The translations under genes and the position numbers were made by a program. A stretch of 64,000 bases of DNA, taken from positions 17,694,628 through 17,758,627 of the forward strand of contig CM119263.1 in the NCBI GenBank assembly GCA_051294375.1, written 5' to 3'. This document shows, piece by piece, positions 48,328-60,300 of this stretch. The notes beneath the pieces were generated by a model. That model saw only the letters and a list, made by a program, of their open reading frames with translations, had not been told where the DNA came from and searched no databases. Numbering within the stretch: position 1 is the stretch's first letter; each line of letters begins with the position of its first letter. The stretch is from Paraspadella gotoi. Taxonomy: Eukaryota; Animalia; Chaetognatha.

Positions 48328-51300
48328 ATGTCGGCCAAGGCAATTTTTGAGACTTCGGGCAAGTCTATCCTCGCGCGGCATCTCCTGCATCCAGCCAACG
48401 ACTCGATCCGATTCGCCGAGTTAGACGACGATTCTTCCTGGGAGGAAGTGGAATCTCGTAACCCCTGGCTCCGGCAGGGGCAGCTGGTGGTGAAACCGGA
48501 TCAGCTAATCAAGAGAAGGGGAAAGTTAGGTTTGATCAAGGTGATTGTTGATAAAGTGTAAATAACACGTATAACAACGCGCTAAGCGGCTTATGACGCA
48601 TAACCGGGATTTAAACAAAAGGTCAACGCGTCACTCGATGAGGTGAAAAATTGGGTGAACGAGCGGCGCGGAAAAACAATCGAAGCCGGCGCAGCCTCGG
48701 GTGTACTTCATCATTTCATCGTCGAACCATTCGTCAAACACGCTCAAGAAGAAGAGTTCTACTTCTGCATTCACTCACATCGGTTTGTAATACAATTAAC
48801 TGCAAACTGGGGCCTTCGCTTTGCCTAATGTACTAATTTTTCTAAAGGGACACGCAGGTTGGGATTTAAAAAGCTCTAATGAAATAACGTAGTAGTCAGT
48901 TGTAATCTTTCCTTATGAAACCAGCCATGGAGACACGCTGTTGTTCACCCACGAGGGAGGAGTCGATGTCGGGGACGTCGATTCCAAGGCGTTGAAGTTG
49001 GACATCGGCGTGGACGAGTCGCCTTCAGTGGACGAAATTAAAGCAAAGTTGCTTGTTAACGTTCCTCAGGTTCGGGGGATTTCAATAACTTAAGGGCGCT
49101 GGACTAGTGGACCCCTATTGATTCCTGTTTCCTCGGTTGCATCTCCAGGCTCAAATAGATCTCGTGGCGGACTTTATTTTTGCGCTCTACCGTCTTTATG
49201 TTGATCTATTCTTCACCTACCTAGAGATCAATCCGCTTGTCGTTGTTGGCGGGAAAGTATTCGTTCTCGATCTTGCCGCCAAATTAGATGCCTGTGCGGA
49301 ATACCTTGTCAAGTCCAAATGGGGCGAAATCCAATTCCCACCGCCCTTTGGAAGGGATGCTTTGCCAGGTTCGGTGCATAATTTCCTTTTGATTAATTTA
49401 TGTACCTAGTAAAGTGTTATTTAATTTGGTGAACGATTGTTCCTGCCTTATTGGATAATAGACACATTTTTTTCCGCAACAAATGATCATAGAAACTTCG
49501 GAAAACCACCATTCGATTCGAAATAAAATTCTCTTTCGTTTGGTATATAATTTAATTAATTTCTAAAAATATTTCGCTTGACCCAGGCGAGTTGAAAGCA
49601 ATTAGGTAACAACATCCGAATTGGAACTCTTTCTCAGTTACAATATTTATTATTTTTCGATATAATTTAGTTAATAAATTTCTGTGACTGATAGATAGTT
49701 ATTCTTTAATTTATTGAATAATCTTTTTTTACAGACAGTCCATTAATCATGAACACTCAGGGGCAGAGTTTCCTCTGTTTCCCGAATTTTGGTATTTGCA
49801 AGCGCTTTAGCGAACTTTCGACCAGCGCCGGCAGAACCACCAAAAGGGGCAGCAGTATTGGAACGGTTCTTTGACATTTTTACACTCAGCCCAAAAACCA
49901 ACGAGATAAAAATGAGACTGGCTATGTCGTAGCTCTAGAATTAACTTTGAAAACTGGGTTGACGCGCAAATCCCTTTGCTTCACCTGAAAAATTCGGAAG
50001 AACTTAAGGAGAAAAAGGTTACAATGTCATATTTTTAGTAGAATATGAGTAGAGTAAATTAGATAAATAATTATGGCACAAAATGCTTTGTAGTTTGCAT
50101 ATTTATTTAGATTTTAGAAATCAAATTATCAATATATTGCCAAGAGCACACTCATATAAAATTAATATGATCTTGATCTCGTCTCATTTCTTCCTGCAAA
50201 AGCTCAACTTCACATGACAAAGGCTAAGCACGATACATCACGCTCGTTGGATGGGTAGCTGCTCTACATTCTCAAAATGCTGATCGTTGGTGATTCTTTC
50301 GGTTTTGAGTCACCAGCAGAAATGGATGTCCTTGGTGATGTCTTATTAATCTTGTACATTCAATTCTCTATTCGAACCCCCCCCACATTTGCCTTTTGTC
50401 TCCCCAAAAGGCGAGACACCGCGCTGTGACCAGACATGTGAAACAGAAACAAAAGTCAAACGAAAAATCTCTCCCGGCCTCAGCGCAGCAGAGCTGCTGC
50501 AGGGCCCAGTCCCGACGCTGCATCACTCTGTCGAAGTGCTGCTGAGCCGGGGACGCGTCACTTCTTTTTTTCGCGCTCTGTGATCAGTCGCTTTCGCTTA
50601 TTTTTAGCGCTTTTTCGATTATTATCGGGACTTTCCTTCGATATTATTGTTTTTCATATCGAATTTTGAACTTTCACGCTCGTCTCTTTTGGTTTATTCG
50701 ACGATCGTAAGAATTCGCGCGATTAATCTCGAGAAGGATCGCGCGATCGCAGTTCGACGAACTCTTCGGTTTCGACAAGGGTTTGAGGGACCCTGAGATT
50801 CACGTGGGCGCGACTGCGTCGCCAGATGCCTCGCGCCCCGGTCGGTGTTTCTCTCCACCCCTCCTCTGCTTTAGGCGCTGTCTTCCGTTACCTCGGTTAC
50901 GGCGCCTCGGGCGCGCGCGCAGGGGCGCCGCAACCCGCACCAGGGGTGTCGGTTCGGGGGTGGACAGCCTACACGCAGCCCTGGGAGCGTGCGCAACGGC
51001 TGGAGGCCTCGAAGTATTTTGAAGGACGCCCTCAACGGGTTTCAAGGAAATGCGGGATTCGCTTCGCCAGGAGATGAAAGATTTCCGCCGGTGAGCGTTA
51101 ATGTGGGATGTTCTTTATTCGAAGTCGTTTGCAAATTCTTTTATTTGCCCCTCCATCAAATTTTCTCTTTTCTTTCTTTCTTTCGTTTTTTTATTTTTAT
51201 ATTTTTTGTTCACACGCCGCGTTTTTTTGTTACTGAGGCAAATGTGGGGGGGTTTCGAATAGAGAATCTGTAATTCTGAATGGAATTATGATTCTTATCG

Positions 51301-54300
51301 AAACCCCCCCACATTCTCCCGCCGCCGCCCCTTTCGCCTCCGGGTGGGTGTGGTCGCGGGTGTGGTTCGTTTTCCGTTTTTTTCTGTGTGTGTTTAGTTC
51401 AAATATTTTCTTTTTGCTGAATAGTTGTGGATAGAGAGAAAGAAGGGGGGGGGTTTCCTCGATTTGATATGTATCTAATTCTCGTTTTTGCTTACGTTCA
51501 TGTGATTCTTATCGAACGGACGACTTCACTTCGCCTTTCCTTCGGCGCTGGTCCTTGACGAGTCCTTCGCTTCCAGAGAGCAGTCCCGCCCACGGGCTCC
51601 TCCCTCGGCCTCTAGACGCAACGCGTCGCCTTCACCGCCTGGCGGCACACGGCGTCGCACCCAGCTCCGGGACTGGACACACCCTCATCGGGAGATGGAG
51701 AGGTGAGGTCCGACCCAGACGTCGATCGGGCCTTTCTACGCCTTGCAGCCCGCCGCCAGGAGCGGCGTCGCCGTCTGATGGAGTTTCGAAGCAATGGCGT
51801 TCGCTTCGTCACGTCTCGGAGTCAGGGGAGTTGGCGAGAAGCTGGAGTCTCGCACAACCTCCGCAACCTCGCGCTTCGTCGTTGGGTGGACCACGCCTCA
51901 CCGGCGTCGTTTTCCACTTCAGATCACGAGGGTGTTGATCCGCCTTCCGAAGCGGCTATCTACACCAGTTATCCTGTCTACCGTCAACATTTAGCACGAT
52001 GCAGGAGGCGGGCGCGTCGGGTCACGCCGCTCTTTTTGTCGCCGACGAGCTACGCCTTTTGTCGGACGCCATCAGGCGGGTATTTCAGCGGATCAGGTGG
52101 GTGGAGCGCATCCCTCGCTGGCTTCGCCCTACGCGATATTGCGTCCATCCAGGCAACCGCGTTCAACGCTGCGCTTTTGGAAGTTCGACGTTCGGTTTTG
52201 TCGAAGGCGCCGTCCGATCTGCGTGGGGCGCTGCAGGACGCCGCTCCACCGAGAGGTTTTTCTTCGGAAATCGCTCGATCAAGTTTCGTCAGCGGTCAAC
52301 GCCGCCTTAATCCGATCCGCGCACGCCCTCGCTTTCTTGATAACGTCGTCAAGGTTTCAAAGCGTCGAAGTCCAACTTCAAGCCGCGGAAGAGCGGCAAG
52401 AAGCCCTACTCGTCAGAGTCGGGAAAACGGGCAGGGCAGGGGAGCCAAGCCTGCGAAATGACGGGTTTCTCCGCCGATGCAGTCGCCGCCTCGTCCGGCT
52501 GCAGGCTCGCTCTTCAAGATCGGATTTTCGTCAGGTCGGGCCGACCTCTCCAATTTTGACGAACATTTCGGCTTTCAAGATCGTCCGATGCGGAGGCGAT
52601 CCCAACCCGTCTTCCTCGTCCTGCCGACGCGACGCCATCTTTCGGCCAGAAGGGACGACGCGGTTCGAAGCGGAAATCTCCGGCCGCTTGGAGAAGGGTT
52701 GCGATCGAGGAGGTAGAGGCCTCTCCGGGTTTTTTACTCCAAGTTCTTCCTGTGCCGAAAAGGATGAGGTGGAGGCCCATTCTCAACCTGAAGCGTCTCC
52801 ACGCGCTTTTTCTCTCACCTCCGTATTTCCGCATTGGAAGGGGTCAAGGACATCAGGAAGATGTTTCGACGGGGAGATTGGGGCGCCTCAATCGACCTAC
52901 GCGAGCTTATCTCCCCTCCGCTTACGAGGAGCATCGAAGTTTTGTCGATTCATTTGAAGGGTCGGATCCTCCAAGTAACAAGGTTCTTCCCTTCGGTTTG
53001 TGCGACGGGCCCGTGGCTCTTCACTGAAGACAACGCGCCGCTAGTTTCAATTGGTGAGGCAAGAGGCATTCGTTGTCTCTTCTATTCGACGACATCCTCA
53101 TCCTGGCTCATCGAAGGAGGAGTGACCAGAAGCGACGTTGAAGGCGGTCCAACTGCTCTTGGAGGCGGGTTTCATTCTCCACCGGGAGAGTCGAGCCCTG
53201 ACTCCCTACAGTCCTTCGATTTCCTCGTTTTCCATTGGACGGTCAGCTTCATCAGATCTCGGCTTCCGCCGCCCAAGTTGGAATCGATCCGAGTTTAGCG
53301 ACTTCACTCCTCTCGTCGTCCTCTCCCGCCGGCGCGTTAGTCCTTCGTTTCTCGGACACGCCACGGGCGGCCACGCTGCAGTTCCGCTTCTTCGCGTTGC
53401 CAACTCCGCCGGATTCAAAATGGAAACGTCAACCGCGTCTCCACTCCGAGAATGGGGGGATCGTCGATCGCCCAACGCTAGTTAGATCGCTTCAGCGCGG
53501 GAGGAGCTAAGAGTGGTGTCAGTCGCTTCGCCTGGAGGACAGCGTCGCGCCGGTGGACGATCTGCTCCAGAGATTGCGCCCACGTAGTACGACGGATGCC
53601 TCGCAGGAGAGGTTGGGGCATCCTTTCCAGGGAGAGCTTTCACCAGGGGACCTGGGAGGCTGCAGATGTCCATCACCATATCAATGATGAAGGAGTTCAT
53701 GGGTTGAAGATCTTCCTCTCTCGATTCGCAGCTCTTCTGAGAAATACGAATCTCCTTTGGTAGGCCGACAGTCTGGTGTTCGTTGCTCTGTCTCCAGCGC
53801 ACTGTGCAGCCGTTCGACGGAGCTACACGCGGTTGTCCGGGAGTCTTCTGCTGATACGCCCATACCCTGGGCAATCCGTAGTCAACCGGGAGTCAACCTG
53901 TCGTCGAGGAGAACTTGGTGACGGAATGCGGCGTCGATGGGACGCCTAGTTGCGGATTGGCATCTCCTTCCACGGATCTTCGTCAGATCTGCGAGACCTT
54001 CGGCACTCCTCCATCGATCTTTTTGCGACGAAGGACTCGACGGCAGGTGCGCCGTTTCTTCTCTGGAAGCGGAGGCGCCAACGGAGGGTGTGGACGCCCC
54101 TCAGCCAGATTTGATCTTCGATCGGCATTTCTCTTTCTCCCACCCTCACTCCCGAGCGTCCATCCGGAAGCTGGAGGAGTCGTCGGGGCTTCGCTTCTGA
54201 TCGCCCCTTTCTGGCCAGCCCAGAAGTGTTCCCGTCGTTGTTGACCTGAAGATTCTGGAGGCTCCGACGCCTCCGGTCCCGGAGGACGCCGTCATCGACC

Positions 54301-57300
54301 TCAGCCAGGATCTCGCCGCCGCAAGCCGACCCGTCTCAAGCTGGTCCGTTTGGCAGATTTTTGGGCGGGCGAATAGCCTCGACGACTCAGCGACTGGCCT
54401 TCGACATCATCGCCGACACGCTGGAGAGGCTCGACGCGAAGATCGTTACGCTCGAGCCTGGACCTCCTTCTGCTCTTTCCTTCAAATGTAAGGAAAGTTC
54501 GAGGGACCTTGATGCGTCTCTGAGGATGTTCGGGAGCTACGCTAGCCCATCTCGTTGGGTTAGGCTTGTCGTACAGCCACACGGTGAACCTCACCGCTCA
54601 GCGATTTCGGCCACCTTGCCGGCACAGGGTTCGTACTCGGTGGGGGAACACCCCCTCGTTCGACGTTTTCTCAGGGGCTCTTCGAGCGGGTCCCCCTACT
54701 CGCCGGATGTTTCTCTCTGGGATGCGGTCGTTGGTTCTACGCGTTTTGGACGTCGTCGCCCTCTCGCCGTCCCCGCTCTACGTTCTTTCGTGCGCGCTCT
54801 CTCTTTTCTTTGGCAGCTCGCTTCGGCCAGGAGCCGTCGGAGATAGTTTCGCTCAATAAGTGATCAAGCCCACTGCTCGCCGCGCGGATCATGGGCGTTT
54901 TGTGTTCTTCCAAAGCTTACAAGACAGATCGCGTTGGGCACTTGGGCCCGTCCTCAGTGGTGGACGCCCTGCCGGCGTCATCGCGTTGCACCCATGCGGC
55001 TCTGAGGGAGTGGCTTCGAGTCCGCGAATGTTTAGCGCCGTCTCACGTTTTCCTTTTCTGCGCGCCCTTCGCTCGCCCTTTACTCGTTTTCGCGCTCAAC
55101 GGTTTGCGCGATCCTAAAGGCGCTCTTTTTGGAGGCGAAGTCGACGCTCCGGCCAGGATCTACTCGTGCCATGGCGGTCTCGGAAGCCTTCGCCCGCGGC
55201 GTCGATCTCGGCGTCATTCTCAGGGCCGGAGACGGCCGGAGATCCAGACTTCTTCCGGTTTTACTGCAGGGACGTCTCATGGAGGCGCTTCGTTTGGCGT
55301 TCTCGGACTAGTGACGGTCCCGAGCTCCTCGAGCAGCACTCCGACAGAGTGATGCAGGCGTCGGGACTGGGCCCTGCAGCAGCTCTGCTGCCGCTGAGGC
55401 CGGGAGAGTATTTTTTTTCTTTGACTTTTGTTCTGTTTCACGATGTCTGGTCAGCAGCGCGTGGTCTCGCCTTTTGGGAGCAAAAGGCAATGTGAGCTGG
55501 GGGGTTTCGATAAGATTATAATTCCACAGATTCAGATTACCAGATTTTAAAACTGGTTCTGCTGTCCATTCATGGCGGATGCTCCATTCCTTACTCTCTC
55601 CCTTCATGAAGATCTAATGGCGTGGCGATCAAGGAATCGCGATGGGGCCCATGCTGGACTAAGAAAGATTGATTTACATACCAAATATCTTTCTGGCCGC
55701 TCGGTTATTCTCGTTTGGCTTCAAAAAAAGTCTCAAACTCAACTAGAATGTCGATGGCTGAAGCCCTCTTGAGCTCTGAAAAGGTCCAAGTAGAAATGGG
55801 AAAGCCGGAAATACCATGCGTATATGAAAACAGCAAATTAGAAGATTCCGTTTCGGCTGATTCATGGTTTTTTCAGGTTCATTTGCAATGTTTTAATATA
55901 ATTTTTATATTTAATTATATCTAATTTCAATGACAATTATAATTTATTACACAGCTTTGTCACTTTTAGCCATCTTTTTTGTCGAAACCTGTGGAAGAAT
56001 GTAATGATAACGCCAACTACCTCTCATTCTGCAAGCTTGTAAATGGATTTTCGCTACTCAATGATGCTGGCGGAGAGGGTGGTTAAATTTGCAAGTGATT
56101 ACAACGGTTCAATAACCGTAATAAAATGCAACACGAAGCAATGCTTTAGGGCGTTGAAGAAATCGTTGATCTCACCTCAGCCAAAAAAGTGTCTTATGAA
56201 CTTCAAGTTTAAAGATTCAGTTAACAATAACAACGCAAGAATTCTTTGCCTCTTGCCGTCACTTTCATGAGAGAAGATAAATTGGTTTAAAAATATTAAA
56301 ATTACACTTCCGGTATATTTTGCTTAATACTTTTTATTCATTTTTAATAAATTACAACTACATCGGAGTTTTACATTCATTTCAATCCATAATGATTAAA
56401 AACATCACATAAGATCCCTTCAACGTTTCAAAATATACGTAAATCAATGAATCTGACGCATGTGGAACTTTGACGCCACTGGGTCAAGCGAAATCTTTAA
56501 ATAAGTTAATCATATAGCACATCATTCGAAAGAGAATTTTATTTCGAATCGAATGGTGGTTTTTTCCGAAGTTTCTATGACCATTTGTTGCGGAAAAAAA
56601 TGTGTCTAATAATGGTTATTGAGCCATGAGCCTATTTTCACATATAAAAAAACAACTATGGCAACGGGGAGACATGTGTGATGCCCAGGGTGTGAGGCAT
56701 CTCCCGAGAGCTGGCGCTCAGGACTTTGGACTTGCGGTGACCACCCCATGTCACTTGCGTGCTTATGCCAACACCATCACACTTAACCAGCATGACCGTG
56801 AGGGGATTGAACCCGGAACTCACGGTTGGTTAACGAGTACTTAGCTGTCCAAGCCAATGGGACGAGCTGAGTTTCACCAAGCTGAGTTTCACCAAGCTAT
56901 ACGAGAGGCGAATTTAGGATTCGCCACAAATGCCCACCCCCCCAAGACAGCACACTGGGGTGACCAAGCCCAGAATGACTGTCTTGAGAGTAGACGGACT
57001 CATTGCCACAGAGCACGAGCGAACGATAAGTAGGGCATAGGCGTGGGATGCATACCCATATTACCCATTAGCGACGACATGAGCGACGGTACGCAGCGGT
57101 TGCGTGTTCGATAGTAGGGCTCACCACTAAAGGGTAGCAAAAATATTAAAATCAAGTTGAATCAAAATTCGAAAAGTAGATCATGAACAGTCTTGTATCT
57201 GTGAACATTTTTAAATAAAAAAATTTTTTTTTATTTTTCAATTTTCGCATACGCCCATATTTATACATAGAAAATGTTAAAATATCGTCGCAATCGCTTT

Positions 57301-60300
57301 GCGTTTGCAACGATATTGCTTTTGGTTTTGCTCATAAGTGGCGTCGTCGTTGTCGGTCGTCGTTGGCGTTCCAAATTATAAATCGCCTTTTTTATGATTA
57401 AATTTGGGTGTATGAAGCTAAAAATTTATATACAGCTTCTCATCATCGATGTGCTTAAAATTGAGTCTGGACAGTTATTAAATATGTTTTGTTTACGTTT
57501 TATCAAAACAAAAAATTTTCTCTTTTATTTTTATATTTCTTTCTCTCTCTCTTTTCTCTTTTAATTACATGTCTCTCTCCCTCTCTCTTTTCCCTAGTCA
57601 CTGATTCATAAACAAAGGAGAAAAAACGAGTCTGCAGCTGCTCTGCAGGGGCGTATTCTTTTTCTCTCTTTTCTCCTGCTGCTTCTGCTGCTGCCTTTTG
57701 ATCTTTTTCTCTCTCTCTCTCTGCGTTTTAATTTTAAAAAAACTTTAAATGAGGATTGAACTCGTAAAATTAGGCATCTCATTTGTGCATGTTATCATTT
57801 TGTAATTGCAACATCCGGTTTTTATTTCGTTTTTTCTCCTCGTCCCTCTCTCTTTATTTTTCTTTTCTTTTTTTCCTTTCTCTTTTTTCTTTTCTTTTAT
57901 TCTTTCTTTCTTTTCTATTCTATCTTTCTTTTATATTCTTTCTTTCCTTTCTATTCTTTTTCATTTCTATTCTTTCTTTCTTCTTCTTTCTTCCTTTCTT
58001 TCTTCTTTCTTTTCCTTCTATTCTTTCTTTCCTTTCTATTCTTTCTTTCTTTCTATTCTTTCTTTCCTTTCTATTCTTTTCTTTCCTTTCTATTCTTTCT
58101 TTCCTTTCTATTTCTTTCTTTCCTTTCTATTCTCTTTCCTTTCTATTCTTTCTTTCCTTTCTATTCTTTCTTTCTTTTCTATTCTTTCTTTCCTTTCTAT
58201 TATTTTCTTTCGCTTTCTATTCTTTCTTTATATTTATTCTTTTCTTCTTTTTTTTCCGTTTATAAATTAATATTATTTTTTCAAATTTGATTTTTTTTAG
58301 TATTAAAATTTGTCGTCAATCCAGATTTTTCTTATGCGATTGCGACGATCCTTATGCTTTTAAGATTTTTTTTATATATATATCAATGTTCTTTAGTACA
58401 AGACGGTTCATAAACAACTATTCGAATTTTTATCTGCAACTTTCACTACGACCTACTCACCAATGGGGAGACATGTGTGATACCCAGGCATCTCCCGACA
58501 GCTGGCTCTTAGCTGTCAAAGCCAATGGGACGAGCTGAGTTTCACCAAGCTGTACGAGAGGCGTATTTAGGATTCGCCACAACATTTACTTTTTGAACGC
58601 AGAGGAGGCTTATATCGCGGACCTGGACGCTAAGTCAGGAGCTTCCCTCAAACTGACGATTCTCAATAAGCGAGGTCGGATTTGGACGATGGTGGCCGGT
58701 GGCGGCGCCTCCGTCATTTACAGCGACACTATTTGCGATCTGGGGGGCACCGAAGAGTTAGCGAACTACGGAGAATATTCAGGAGCTCCCTCGGAACAGC
58801 AAACGTAAACTTTGATTTTTGTTCAAGATTTATTTAAACAGAAATCGATGATTCAATATTAGTTGATATCGCCACGATGTTTATTCAGTTACGAATACGC
58901 CAAGACAATTCTGTCTCTGATGACAAAAGAACCTCATCCTCTCGGCAAGATACTGATCATCGGAGGCGGCATTGCCAATTTTACCAACGTCGCTGCCACC
59001 TTCAAGGGGATCGTTTCGGCACTTCAGCGCTTCAAGGACAAGCTACAGCAGCATAAAGTTCAAATCTTTATTCGAAGGGGAGGACCCAATTATCAGGTCC
59101 GCAAATCAATGAATTCGGAAATGATTATAAAAACTCAGTTAAAAGGGGATTAAAAGTATGGAACTTAATAAATCGAAAACACTTAGATAAAAAGAATTGA
59201 TGTAAGGTGAAAATTATTGTCTTACTTTTAGGTTGATATTAATATAGATTCACAAATTCACGCGATCACTAACTTGTTTTAATTAGGAGGGCCTCCGCGT
59301 TGTTCGCGAATTGGGTGAAACGCTTGGCATCCCAATGCACGTCTTCGGCCCAGAGAGTCACATGACCGCAATCGTTGGGATGGCGCTGGGCAAACGTGAC
59401 ATTCCAACCGACGTTATTGACAGCTCCACTACAACCGCAAACTTTTTGCTCGCGGGTATGGGTAGGATTAAAAGAAGCGCTGTTACGTTGAGGGAATACC
59501 TTATTTTACTTCTAAAAATATTTGTGATTACTTACTCCCAGAGGTGGATAGGTATAAAAATGGTAAGACCGAATCTTGCCGTTATTTTCACCCGGGCTCT
59601 TTACGTTAACAAATTTTTTTGCGTCCAAATTTTTTTTACACATCTTGAATTTTGGTGTTGCCGTCTGACTTGATTCAGTTTGCCAAGTTTTTGATAGGTC
59701 ATTCTTAGTGATTTTGTAAACTTTAAGCTTTGATAATATTGCTAGTTGGCCCAAAACAAATGAAACATTTTGAGATTGTTTCTAATTTTCGTCAATTTTT
59801 ACATATGCATACTAGTTTTTCTTTGTTACTAATGTAATTTTATTGTGTTTAATAGGTTCGTGGTTAACCCGTTCTACTTTTTTTTATCGCGCCAGACGGG
59901 CGAATGCTCGACTTGGGCGAGATGTTAATTCGTTTCTGCTTCTTTTGACCAGTCGTTGTCATTGTCGTCGACACGGAGTTTTAACATTGGAAATAGTATA
60001 TAACCATAGGAAGCTGAAAATTTTTGTTTTATTTATATCTTTTTCTCTCTCTCCTTCTTTTTTTCCATTGCACGCATTTGTTTTTTATTTACAATGAATG
60101 ATTCATCGCGTTAATAAATGACTATCATCGCATCAATGAATGACTATCATCGCATCCATCATTTGGTTATCATCGCATCAATCTTTTGGTTATCATTGCA
60201 TCAATATTTGGTTATCAACCCATCAATATTTAGTTATCATCGCATCAATAAACAATTATTATTATATCAATCAATTATTATTATATCAATCAATCAATTA

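Noticed and set aside
50362-55547. Bacterial contamination or horizontal transfer suggested by high GC
   Set aside because: ITRs, ICR and RT/YR motifs identify a DIRS retrotransposon nested within a host intron.
57783-58270. Hydrophobic Phe/Leu/Ser-rich ORFs resembling membrane proteins
   Set aside because: Artefact of a TTTC microsatellite inside a HINE-like element.
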